Source: Tricharina praecox (lineage: Eukaryota). From it: a DNA stretch of 64,000 bases. Numbering within the stretch: the stretch's first letter is position 1; each line of letters begins with the position of its first letter. The notes under the pieces are model-generated. The model ran no database searches, was not told the DNA's origin, and was given only the letters and a program-made list of their open reading frames with translations. Shown in pieces: positions 13,281-25,867 of the stretch. Position numbers and translations under genes: made by a program. Location of the stretch: contig NW_026250404.1 of the NCBI RefSeq assembly GCF_024521635.1, positions 558,001-622,000 on the forward strand, read 5' to 3'.

Positions 13281-16200
13281 ATTCGCATGTGCACTGCTTG
13301 CCGGGGGCGATAGAGTGGTCAAGTCAAGTCAAGTCAAAGTCAAAGTTGTCAGCGCCGAGCGGAGCAGGACTCCGAGACGTAAGCAACTGGAGGACCGAAG
13401 GAGATATAGATACAGAGTTGGGTGGAGGAGGAGGAGAAGGAGGAGGAGCTGTGCCTGGCGCACTGTCCGAGACACACCCACCCACCCATTAGATACACAG
13501 TATGACAGTCATTGGGCCGATCAGCCAGGAGATCCTCCTCCTTTCCCGAAGAATAACACACACCCACGCACCCAGCACAACGGAAGAATCTTGCTTTGTG
13601 ACCAGCATCAGCACCAGAAACACCAGCAGCAGCAGCAGCACCAGCACAATCAGCACCGCCGCCGCCGCCGCCGCCATATATACTCTATGTACATACCGTC
13701 TCTTTTGGCTGTCCAGACTGACTGACTCCCGAACGCTCGACATATATATCTGGGTGTGCCAGTGTCACAGTGTGGTGTGCGGCCGGCCAAAGTTGGTCTT
13801 ACATGCGTTAGCCTGGGGGAGGACCCCATCCTGGGGGTGCCCATACGCCGAGCAGAGCGGATTCACCACCCCACATACACAGAGTACGTGCGACAGTCAG
13901 TGACTGTCACTCACATCGGACTTTATCGTCGTGGTCGCGGGCGTAGTCGTGGCGTGGCGTAGCGGCCGCGGTGGTCGGGGAGGCGGCAGAGGCGGCGGGT
14001 GGATGGGTGGATTGCTGTCTGTCTCTCCCGCCGCAGTAATTTGAAGCCAGGCTCAATCGCTCGCTCGCTCACGCCTGCCCGGCCAGTGCCGTTTATGTGG
14101 TCGCGAGATTTCCGGCGGGATGCGTGCGGGGATCGCTGATAATAATATCCATTCGCTGGCAGCCAATAGGCAGTTGTGGACCTGCGGTGCACCACATGAC
14201 CGCCATCGTCGTGTCGTGCAACACGGCCGTGTGCGGACTACGGTAGAGTAGGTGTGATATGTAGGCCTGGTAGGGGCAGAGATAGATAGTAGAGTGAGTG
14301 AGTGACGGGGTGAGTGAGTGAGTGGGTATGTGAGTAAGAATGTAGGTAAGAGGTAGGCAAGTACCTCGATACTGTAGAGTGGAGCGCATGTGTATCTAGA
14401 TACTCTGTGTACTCTACATCGCTGCCCTCCTGAGAGGCGCGGCGGGGCGGAGGCAACTACTCTACATAGGGCCTAGAAGCTTGACATGTATGCTCATTGA
14501 TGATTGCTCATTGCTGAGCCTGCGCTAACCATGGGCTCTGCTATATTTGGCCGACTTGGCTGGCTGCATTGCATTGGAATTTGGGTGTGTTGGATGGGCT
14601 GGCTGGCTGGCTGGTGGGTGGGCTGGGTGTGTGGGTGCATGCTCTCGATGCACCCTCAAACCTTGAGCGATTCGGGCCCTCGGTCGTCCCAGCTGGGGAC
14701 GGGCGGAAGAAAGCAGCGCGCGCGGTGATGGGTGCACGGACTCAAGCATGACAAAGCCTTCGTCGTAGAGATGATCATCAGGCAAGGCAGGTGGGCAGAC
14801 AGCCATTGAGGCGAAGGTCCACACACACTCACGGGTGCATGGGACGAAAGCATGGTCGTGATGATGATGATGATGATGATGATGGTCGTGGTGATGGTCA
14901 GGGGTTTGATGGAGATCTGGACGAACTCACGCACGCTGCTCTGGATAGCTGTGTGGGTAAGTGCATATGCAATTGTCGGCTCGCTCGGCAACGACGAAGA
15001 CGGTGTCTGGAATCACTCGATGTGTCCTGAGGCTTCGAAATCGGGGTACGTACGGTAGCCGTCGTCAGCTATGTACTCTACCAACCAACCAACTGTTAGA
15101 TAGGCTGGGCCGCTGGATATTTGGATCTCTTCAAGCACCGCGGCCTGGTCTCCAGAGTCCAGAGTCCACAGAACCGGCGCTCGATCTCGAATCTCGATTA
15201 TCGTCCCAGACCGGCCAGCTGCTCTTGGTAATTGACGGCTACTCCACATACTCCACACACTCTACATCATGACCCGGTTACCTAGACGCCATTCGCACCA
15301 CACGCAGCGGGTGGGATCACTCCACCGCCGCCACCCTCCACCATTGCCCTCCGGATTCGCTCCGAAGTAAGTTTGCGGAAGAGGAGCAGCAGGAGGAGAT
15401 GGTGATGAATGGGACCACCGCGATGGAGCAAACAAAGCCGCCCCCTACCTCCGACATGTGAGGGCCGTTTGTGGGATCAGCGGGAGGCTTTTGCGTGCTC
15501 CCACCCCCTCTCCCCTCCCGAATCCCATCGCGAATCCCATCGCAAGCGAAACGTCGTAACTTATGCTACACAGCTCTGCGAAGGAGTGCCCCAATTACGA
15601 GGAGCACGCAGGTGCTCTACATGCCCTAGGTACTCACATACCGTATGTGCTCTATGGATGGATGGATACCGCTTCGTGAATCGCCTTTGTATGTATTCAA
15701 TTCTGACAGCACATGTGAGTGAGTGAGTGGCTGCGTCACTTTGTGCACTTCGAGAGCGAGCAGCTACCTAGTACCTACGGTAGTTGCCTGCCAACCGGCC
15801 AGTCGGACGATGCTGGCGACCCGTGTCAGGATGAGCCTGGAATGTCGCAGCACTGTGCTTTCGACGTGTTTCATGATCCAGGAGGCGGAGGAGGATTCGG
15901 CGGAGGATCGACCATGATATGTAGGAGGAAATTCTGGCCACAGTGGGCGTATCCCGTGATGAGCTCGTAGGGTGGTATGTAGTACATACGGTACCGTGAG
16001 TTGGCATGATAGAGTAGGTATCATAGGTAGGAAGGAATGCAGAGCTCCCGCGCGTTGACGATGCTGCAACGAGGTAGTGATCCGGATCCGTGGGTGGGTT
16101 TTTACGCTTTGGAAGGGAGGAAGAAAGTGCACGTTCCCGAGGCACGGAACGGCGTCGTCGTCGCGTCGGCATATACATGAATCAAGTGAGAAGTGAGAAG

Positions 16201-19047
16201 TTTACCGACATCGCATCGCACGCAACGCACGCACGGAAAGTGCTGGAATGGAATTGGAACTCGGAGGCCTCGAATCGAACAGCGAACTGTGCTGTGCCAC
16301 AGAACACAGAACACAGAACACAGAACACAGAACACAGATCGTCAGTCAAGGGCTCGTCAGTCGTTGCGCACCCACCAATGCTCCGCATACAGCTAGAGCC
16401 TGTGGAAAAGGGTCGAGTCTGCTGTTATGTATTACTCTAGAGTAGTGGCCGTCTGGACTAGGTCTGCCCAGTGCCCAACTGCCCACTGCTAACTGAACTG
16501 CCCATGCCATTGCCCCATATGTGGGTGGCGGTTGTTTCGAGATCATGTTTGGGTGCACCAGAAGGATAGTTATCATCTGAACTGTTCGTTCGCTCGATGC
16601 GTGTTCAAACTTCACTTTCACTTTTCGCGGCCGGCCTCTGTGAGAGGTCGACGTCGGCATCGTCATCGAGCACCTACCTAGAGCACCTACCTCGTTATCA
16701 CCGTGCTACAGATCATACGGATACACACGGGCTTTGTACGAATTAGCATGATACATCAAGAAACTTCAAAGCTTATTATTCCCCCCACCACCCGCATGGT
16801 TGCAGACTGCAATGCCTAGAATACTCATGCTCTATGTAAGCTCGCACGCAGTTATGTAACCGTACTGTGTACTAGTACCACCTCGGCCGACGTCTAGAGT
16901 ACCTAGGGAGAACCGGTAGGTGGTCGGAGATGCTAACCGCTCTGGTGATGAATCCTGGCGATTACTGACGTTCCCCAGGTCACGTTGTGGTTATGCTATG
17001 GTGGTTACCGCCCATCATTGATGGATGATGGGGGCAAACACTTCTGGATGCTGAAAGATCTCCGACTTCTCGACTTCTGCTTCCGCCCCCCCCCCAAATA
17101 GAGTGGTTACTGTGTTTGCGAGACGGAACACTCCATCTGGTGAAATTTGCCGCTTGGGTTCGAAATCCTGCACTTGGGTATCATCATCCAGCCGCCAACT
17201 TCAGGACCATCTACCTGGGTAGTTAACACATACATAGTGGAGCGAGCCTATGGAGTCCGGGCACGAGGACGACGGTGCGTGTATGTAATTCTTTGACGTG
17301 AGCCACCTCTAATTCCGAAAATCCTCGCCCAAAGTTTACCAAACATCCTGGGTATGTGTGTACCTGTGTACCTATTCCAGTGATCTCTGCCACTCACATT
17401 TTTCTACATACCCAGCCTCGTGAGTTTCTCAGCATTGTTTTGTTTGGTCAAAGCTGCTCTAGGTAGGTAGATACTGGTACCTAGAGGAGTATGCATACTC
17501 GACACTAGTTCCTCAGGTACTCAGTCGAGCGGCAACTCTGGGTTGGACTTATTATTCGTGGCCCAGCCAGCCAGCCGTACATCATGCTATTACACGGAGA
17601 TGGCCTGGCCAATCAGATGAACTTCCCAACCATAGCTGCATAACTCAGTCCATGCACTCGACGAAATCAATCATCAATGATGTATGCAGCGGGCCATGCT
17701 TGACGCGACTGTGGTGGTGTGTGTGAGTAACAAGCAAGTAAAGCACATAACTAAGCCAGTGGGTATTCTGTGGTTCCCGCCGCTGAGATAGCGATAGAGT
17801 ATCTTTGCTACATAGAGTTCACTGGAATTGATTTTGGGTCCATAGGGTAGAATCTAGATACTTGGGTACATACCGCATATCCGACAACGACGTGCAGATC
17901 TTCTGCTGCTGCAGCGGCGTCTGGTGTCAGACAGAGCGTGTATGATATGTACCCACCACTTCCTCAGGCTCCCCATTCACCACCACTACCACCACTCCAC
18001 TACTACCAACTACCACCACCACCACCACCACCTCACTCACCCAACCAACAAATCTCCCACCCCCCACAGAGCTCTCGCACGCTCACGTCCGCAGCAAAAG
18101 CAATTTCACCCCGCCCCTCCATCCTCTCTCCCTCCCTCGCCTCACCTCACTTATTTATTCTGCGTCCAACCCCTGCTCGCCTTTTCGACAGGCGTGTGCT
18201 CCGTATCGGTGTAGTCGGCACTTCTCCAGAGCTAAACCCATAGCAACCCAGCCAAACCCCCCAGCAATAATCCCAAACCCGCCCGCCTTCACCTCAAAAA
18301 CCCTCCCTCAATCAAAAAATAAAAAAGCAAAAAAAGCAAAAAAAAAGGAAAGAAAGAAAGAAAGAAAGAAAACACACACCAACTTACCCGATCGTTTGGA
18401 GTGCGTGCCACTTTGGATTAGATATCGTCGTCGTTGTTGTTGTTGTTGTTGTTGTTGACTGTCGACTGTCGACTGTTGCTGCTGCTACCGCTACCGTTGC
18501 TGCTGCTGCTGTGTTGCTATTGTTATTGTTGCCCGTCTCTCCTCGTCCGTCCGTCGTCATCTCACCCGCCCACCACCACCCATTCACTCTACACCTCACA
18601 GGGTTACTTCCGTTCTCGTCGTCCGTTCCTACCTAAACCTTCCCACAACTGCGACAGATTCCCATCCATTGCGAGACAGCTCCCCCTAGCCTCACCTTAC
18701 ATACACAACCCACAACCCCCCCAAAAGAAACCAAAAAGGATCCCATCCCATCCTCACCCTCCCCCCACTACGTGCCCTTCCAACCTACCTCGCGAACCCG
18801 CGAGTGAGTGATCGCGATTACTTCACTCCCTGAGTAACGATGGCAATTTATCCCTCTTCTTCCTAGTCGGAACTCCAAACGCCCTTCGACTGAATCCGAA
18901 ACTCGGAACCGGACGTCCACGATCGAGACAGACAACACAGACAGGCAGCAACGGGTAGGGTCGGCACCTCAGCGGATCCCTCCACCACCTGCCTATACCT
19001 ACCACTTTGTTTACTCTCAACATCCCAGCACTGTTTACCCCCCGAAA

Positions 19048-22000
19048 ATGATGGCAACGGAACTTTTGGGGAGGCGCACCGTCAGCGGCAGCGCAACCCT
19101 CGCGCCTCCCGCCAACGAAGAATTGACACGACGAGCAATGGAGCGTAGCCCCAGCATGACGATGCGAGCCGAGAAAGACGACTTGAAGGAGGCGGCCGAG
19201 GAGAGTTACAACGTCATCATGGACCTGAATCTGGACGGCAAGGTTCGATGGGTCAGTCCGTCGTGGGATACCGTTATCGGGTGAGTGGAGTGGAGGGATC
19301 GGAGAGGGGGGGAAGGACCCTCGTGTTTAGTGGCTTGCTCTCGATCTTTTTCTGACCATCTTGACCACTCAAAGAACCTCCAGGGACACAATTCAAGGCC
19401 AGCCGATCGCGGACCTACTGGTGGACGATAAGGATGCGTTCCAGAGAGCGGTCGAGACGATGAAGAGCGACGATTCTAGGAGTTTCAAGCTCAGATTCAC
19501 GGTGGCCATGGGGTCAATGTCGAAGCTTTCCAAGGATGCCTCCGCCATCTCGACAGAGTCGTCGGCAGAGTCGACAGAGTCCGAAGTCGAAGCGTTCGAG
19601 ATGGACGAAATGCCCGAGCAGCAGCAGCAAGAGCAACAGACGACTCTGACTTTGGAAGGACAAGGTATTCTGATCTACGACCGGGCTACTGGCGAGCCTA
19701 GCCATGTGAGCTTCACCCCGATCCGAAAACCTTGCGATGGCGTGTTGTTGACGAGTCCAGACTATGTGGGTCGTACGCCCTTTCGTCGAGCCTACCGAAA
19801 TCACGATCGATCTCGCTCCGGTCCTGGTCGAATCACTGGGCGTCGGCGCGGGTATGTTGGCGCGGTATCTGACAAGTCTCGCGGAGCAGGGTGCTGTTGA
19901 TCCGAGGAACCATCCACCTCCGATGCCAGTGCTATGTCGGATATGTGAGAGACAGATTCAGCCATGGTGGTTTGAGAAGCACTCGGAGCTCTGTATGTTA
20001 GAGCACAAGGCGGAGAGCGATGTTCAGCTCTGCCAGGAAAATCTGCAAATGCACAGGCAAGCTATAGTCAGGGTCTTGGATGCCATGGAGCGACGAATCA
20101 CGCGGCCAGTGTCGGGAGAGCAATCTCTACCACCTGTTCCAATTGAATATCGTGGACTGCCAATCGGTCCCCAAACGTCCTCATCTTCCTCGGGAACTGC
20201 TTCCCCTGGCACTCCACCTCCCAGGTCGAGGGACCATTCGGCGTCCGGAACCAGATCGCGTCCTCCGCGTCGACCACTCGTGCGCATCGTTGAATTATTG
20301 CTTGATCTTTGTGACACGGCCCTAGAAATTAGCACACCCGCAATCAAAGAGGGTTACGGAGCGGTAGAATTGGGCACCTTTCGAACGCAGTCCCCTGAGT
20401 CGGAGGCCCGAGTCAACCAGGTCATGCAATGGCAATCACCCGCCACAAACACCCTTGAGGAAGAGAAGGGACTGGCTCTCCTGTGCCAAGATACCGAGGC
20501 TGCGGCTCGGGCCAAGGTGGAGGCCGTCTATCGACATAGAAATACCATAGAATACTCGGAGAGGATACGCCTGGAGTTTAGTATGCTTGTGCAGGATTGT
20601 ATCGACGAGGCTCTAAGGAAGGCGTCGGTGTCTTCGATCGAGGACCTGGACGATTACACGGGCGGTTCCGAAGACGAATCCATCTTTGAGGGCGACTTCA
20701 ATGGTGCTCTGCAGAGAAGCAACAGCAACCTGGCGGAGCCTGGACAGAGGTTTAGGAGGCATTCGTCCCCTGCGGGATCGGGCACGACCAGTCCGATGGA
20801 ATGCTCGACCCCAAAGTCACAGCAGAGTTTGCACAGGACTACTAGCCGCAGGAAGAGGTATGGCCATCGGTCGAGCATGCAGTTCGACAACGAGGGGGCC
20901 GATAGCGATACCAGCGCGAAATCTTCGTTGGCCGCCGCCATCGGACACGCATCCACCGAGAGTCCCATATCGGACCACGAATTGTCGATGCGGTTCAGCT
21001 CACGGAATGAAAAGAGACGGAGCGCCTTCCAATCTTCCGCGAGTATCTCCCATTCACCGAAGCGGCAACCGTCTCCCGCCCGCATTGCGCCTTCATCATC
21101 ACCCTTGAGAATAAACAAGCCTCGAGGATCCATGTACGAAAACATACCGACCCCCATCACATCACCTTTACTCTCCACGGGTGATTTCTCCCCGGGTCCA
21201 GACCACGGCTTTCACCATCGACGTCAGTCTTCGGCTGCTCTGTCCGATCAGGTCAAATCCGGAACACCTTCCTCTCCTCGACTATCGGGCGTGAACCCAT
21301 CCCAGCAGAACCGTGCAGTGCCGCCTTCGATCAAAGATTTTGAGATCATCAAGCCCATCAGTAAGGGTGCTTTCGGAAGCGTCTACCTCTCCAAGAAGAA
21401 GTCGACGGGAGATTACTTCGCGATCAAGGTTCTAAAGAAGGCGGACATGATTGCAAAGAATCAAGTCACCAATGTACGAGCCGAGAGGGCAATCATGATG
21501 GTGCAGGGGGAGAGCGACTTCGTCGCAAAGCTCTTCTGGACATTTGCCAGTAAAGACTACCTCTACCTGGTCATGGAGTACCTGAATGGTGGTGATTGTG
21601 CCGCGCTCATCAAGGTTTTGGGCGGACTTCCCGAGGAATGGGCAAAAAAGTACATGGCGGAGGTTGTCCTGGGCTTGGAGCATTTGCATAGCCGGGGGAT
21701 CATTCACAGAGATTTGAAACCTGACAATCTTCTCATCGATCAGAAGGGGCATCTCAAGTTGACAGATTTCGGGCTTTCGCGAATGGGCTTGATTGGCCGT
21801 CAGAAGCGAGCGCAAACCCAATCGTCGGAATCGACTCCGGATCTGTTGAAGCAAGGTCCGTTTGCGAGGTCAAAGTCAATGGCTTCCTCCCGGTCGACTT
21901 CATTCGACTACCCTGGTGCCACTTCGCCGTCGATCACCCCGAACATTATGCCAGACAGCAACGCCCAGCTGGTAACCCCGTCGTACTTCAGTCTCAATCG

Positions 22001-25000
22001 GGAAGGCACACTGAGCCGTGAGAGTTCGTTGAGGCGGTCCTCGAACCCTCGAAGCGATAGTGGATCGGATCATTTGACTACTATGCTCCAGAACTTCAAT
22101 CTAAACGACCCGAACTGCTTCAGTGCGATTGCGAGTCGGCGAACCCCCACTGGCGATGAGGATGCGCAGAGCGAAAGCAGCACATCCAGCGACTTCAGCG
22201 CACTTGGTCTGCAGCACGTAACGTCCCACACCAGCCAGCAGAGTCACGTTCAGCCGGCACCCCCGTCGATGATGCCTCCTCAGTTAGCCCTATTCAATCC
22301 GGAGGACAACAACAATCGTAAGTTCGTTGGTACGCCGGATTACCTCGCACCGGAAACGATCAGCGGAACTGGTCAGGACGAGACGAGTGATTGGTGGTCA
22401 TTGGGATGCATCCTGTTCGAGTTTCTATACGGCTATCCTCCTTTCCACGCTGATACGCCCGAGCAAGTGTTTGCGAACATCCTGGCTCGGAAGATTGATT
22501 GGCCGGATGAAGACGAGGACGAGGCGTCGCCGGAGGCCAAGGATATCATGAACAGGCTAATGTGCAGCGACCAAACCCAAAGACTCGGTGTTAATGGCGC
22601 CGATGAGGTGCGGAGGCATCCTTTCTTTGCGGAACTCAATTGGGAGACCTTACTCGAAGAAGAACCCCAGTTTGTTCCAACACCCCAGAACCCCGAAGAC
22701 ACGGAATACTTCGACTCGCGAGGCGCAACACTGCAATCCTTCACGGACGAGTTCGACGATCAGTCGACACCATGCTCCACGCCCGGCGCGGACCTCCCAG
22801 AACGGCCTCATGATGCCGTATCTCGTGTGAGGAAGGAGATCAGCTCGAATAAGCGTGGACTTATTCCATTGTCGATTCCTCCTCACGTACGAGAGGGCCG
22901 CAACAGAAGGCTTAGTGAGCCAGTTGCCCAGGATGACTTTGGAAACTTCGCCTTCAAGAACTTGCCTGTCCTGGAGAAGGCGAATAAGGATGTCATACAG
23001 AAACTGAAGACCGAAGCCTTGAAGTCCGCGCCTGCTCTGGCGACTTCGAACCCTTCGTCTCCGCTGGAAGTCAGTCCCATCGCCTCCACAAAACCACTGG
23101 GGAGAGCTTTGTCGACTTCCTCCAAGAATGGCGGGAAGCGGCCAGTGTCACCTTCCAACCACCTCTCCTCTTCCGCTCGGGTATCGCAGCCATCATCTCC
23201 GCTTCTGTTGTCCTTCACTGCTGGGACCAGTGACAAGAGAAAAGCGTCAACTGCAAGTGGATCTTCGAATTTGTCTCAGCAGTCGAGTGTTTCTTCCCTA
23301 CAACCTTTTGTGGACATTCCACACATCTCCAATACAGCCAAATTGTCATTGACGTCGTCGTCACCCATAAAGATGCAGGGACATCAGCACAAAATGCCAG
23401 TACCGTCCACCCCAACCTCGGTATCGACCTCGCCCACCAAGACGTTCCACCAGGACAAGCAGCCGATTCCGTCCAGTGCCAACCCACGTGTACGTTCGCT
23501 CACGGTCGGTTCGACCGATAGTGAGACCACTTCGGTTGTCGACACCTTCAGACAACAGCAAAAGCGGCGCAGTCAGGTATTCGATATGTCTCCCTCCTCT
23601 TCCGACAACGAGGATGTCCGAAGCACTGCATTGCTTCGGGTTCAGCGACGACGACAGAGCGCTCGGAGGATGTCGAACATCAGCTTCCAAGATTGCCCAG
23701 TATTCCGGCCGCTGGACGTTCTGGGTAACTTATTCTATTCACTGTTCTGTTTCTCTTGGGCTAACCTTTTTTTTATATAGTTTGTGAGGATCACCCGGTT
23801 TCTAGGATGGTTATGGAGAGGCTTCTGGAGAAGTTGAAGTGTCGTACTATCATGGTGGAGAATGGCGCCGAAGCGATGCGCTATGCTATGGGCGAAGTTA
23901 AATGTATGGTGCTTCCCGCGGTTATGTGTGCATCAACTAACATCTCTCGGTAGTTGACATCATCTTGATGGAATTTAAACTCCCTCAGATCAATGGAGAG
24001 GATGTTGCACGAATGATCCGGACGAGCAGGAACCCCAATTCCGCCACTCCCATCGTCGCCGTCACCGGCTACTTGAAGGACCTCTCGGATCCGCAGCACT
24101 TTGACGAACTGATGGAGAAGCCTGCGACTCCGTCCAAGCTTATCGATGTATTGGAGCGTCTCTGCTTCTGGAAGGCCCCAGCTCCTGAGCGACCAGCTTT
24201 CGGGGAACGGAAGGAGTCGCTCGGTCTCAATCTCAACCAGCCGTCCGATATCTTGGACTTACAGCATGGAAGGATGTCGCCGACGGTTGAGCCGTTCATG
24301 TCCGGTGGGAGACCCCGGCTTCTTTCTCAATTCCTCCCGCTGGACGACGACGCGGTGTCAATCTCCAGCAACAACTCTCGGACAAATGACTGGGATCCCC
24401 CTCAAGGATCAAGTTTGGAGCCGGAACCGGTCAGCTTGCCGTCACCTCCCGTTCATATACAGCACCAGGAGACAGCACCAGGTAGACTACAGTCGCACGC
24501 CATGGAGAGGATTCCGTCTCCGCTGTCGACGCACGTCAGCACTGGGATGATCGACAACCCTACCCCTACACTGCCGTCTTTGCCGGACATGATACCTCTG
24601 CCTCCATCCATGACTGCGACACCTGCATTTGGCACTCCGTCTGTCGAGCTGTTGAAATCACCGCTCAGCAGATCGAGCTCGCCACTTCCAGGCTATCGAG
24701 GGCACTCTGCAGCAGAAAATTCCCTTCTATATGATGCTGCGCAGAAACAGCCGGTCAAAGAGGAAAAGTCTAGGTTCAGCATGATATTTTCGCCTTCGAA
24801 AGACAAGGACACATCCAGCCAAGACGAGGAACAATCACAATCCACGCCTCTCGATTTCAAGAATAGAGGCAAGCGAAGCTCTCTGGAGAAGAAGAAGGAA
24901 AAGTTGGGCAAGCAACGCAAGGAAGGACTATTGGGAGAGGAGGCCGATGCCGACGACGAGGATTCAATCAGTGGTGGGAAGAAACCAAACAAGAGCAGAA

Positions 25001-25080
25001 GTATTGGGGAGATGATCCGAGGGGTCAAATGGAGTCCCCCTGAGCTCAAGAGGACGAAGAGCAGCGAGGGGAGACGGTGA
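19048..25080 (+). CDS. RIM15: Rim15/Cek1 (Greatwall-like) Ser/Thr kinase with PAS, C2HC finger, split kinase and receiver domains (exons 19048-19280, 19375-19705, 19761-23724, 23781-23903, 23954-25080)
   Basis: PAS-like N-terminus (VIMDLNLDGKVRWVSPSW). CRICE..H..C finger. Kinase motifs ISKGAFGSVY, HRDLKPDN and DFGLS, then a long insert before FVGTPDYLAPE. REC domain VCEDHPVSRMVMERLL..FDIILMEF. Four canonical introns keep the frame. Confidence 0.95.
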
Positions 25081-25867
25081 TAGGGTGGGTGAGAGCCTGG
25101 GAGTAGCATGTATTAGTGCTATATCAAGCGTTCCGTATGATTGATGTTTCTTGTCTCCATCCTTGTAGAGATATGTTTGTTTTGGGTTAGCTGGCGTGTT
25201 CCTTTTTCCTTTTTCATTTTCCTTTCAGCTGGCAAAGGCAATGGCGTTGGAATGTTTACCATTTACCTTGGGTTGCTTTTTTTTCTTTCTTCGGTCCTGA
25301 TATCTCGTTCTTCCTTCAGCTTAATGGCTGTTCAATTTTCTTATTGTCCAGGGGTTTTGTGCGATCTGATTTGGTTCCTCCGGGTGGTATGGTTCCTCCG
25401 GTTTTCTTGTCCCTTGACATTATTCTCGTTCATGAAGTATACGACGATGTTTGACATCTCTTGTGATTGACGGTGGAGGACTGTATTGGTTTGATTGCTT
25501 TGATGGAGTGTTTTTATTTGCGGAGTCTGGTACCGGTTTTGCAGGTTGGGAATTGATATGGCACCAGGGTGCAATGGTGAACAAACTAGAATAGGTAGAA
25601 GGCTCTGGAGAATCCAGTCCTCCTTCGATCATACGAGTGAGGTTAACCGTAAAATCGAAGTCGAGCCATTTCAATTCGTATTCAAAACTCGGGTGATGCA
25701 TGGTGATTGTGACGACTGTTGAAAGTGGAGGCGAAATGCCCCACCGCGCCAAGATTTCAATCGCGCACTAAACCTCCAAAATTCAAACCTCAAACCAACA
25801 ACCCCACTACGCTCCACACCCCTCGAAACTCTCAATCGATAGTACCAACACCAAATCGAAAAAAATC

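Noticed and set aside
6921..16666. Many 60-215 aa ORFs in the RIM15 upstream region
   Set aside because: They are translations of microsatellites (HPSI, LHLH, poly-V/M/D) with no domain signal.
17095..17180. tRNA-like A/B boxes (GAGTGGTTA..GGGTTCGAAATCC)
   Set aside because: No acceptor or anticodon stems could be paired and the B box has an extra base; tRNAscan-SE would settle it.
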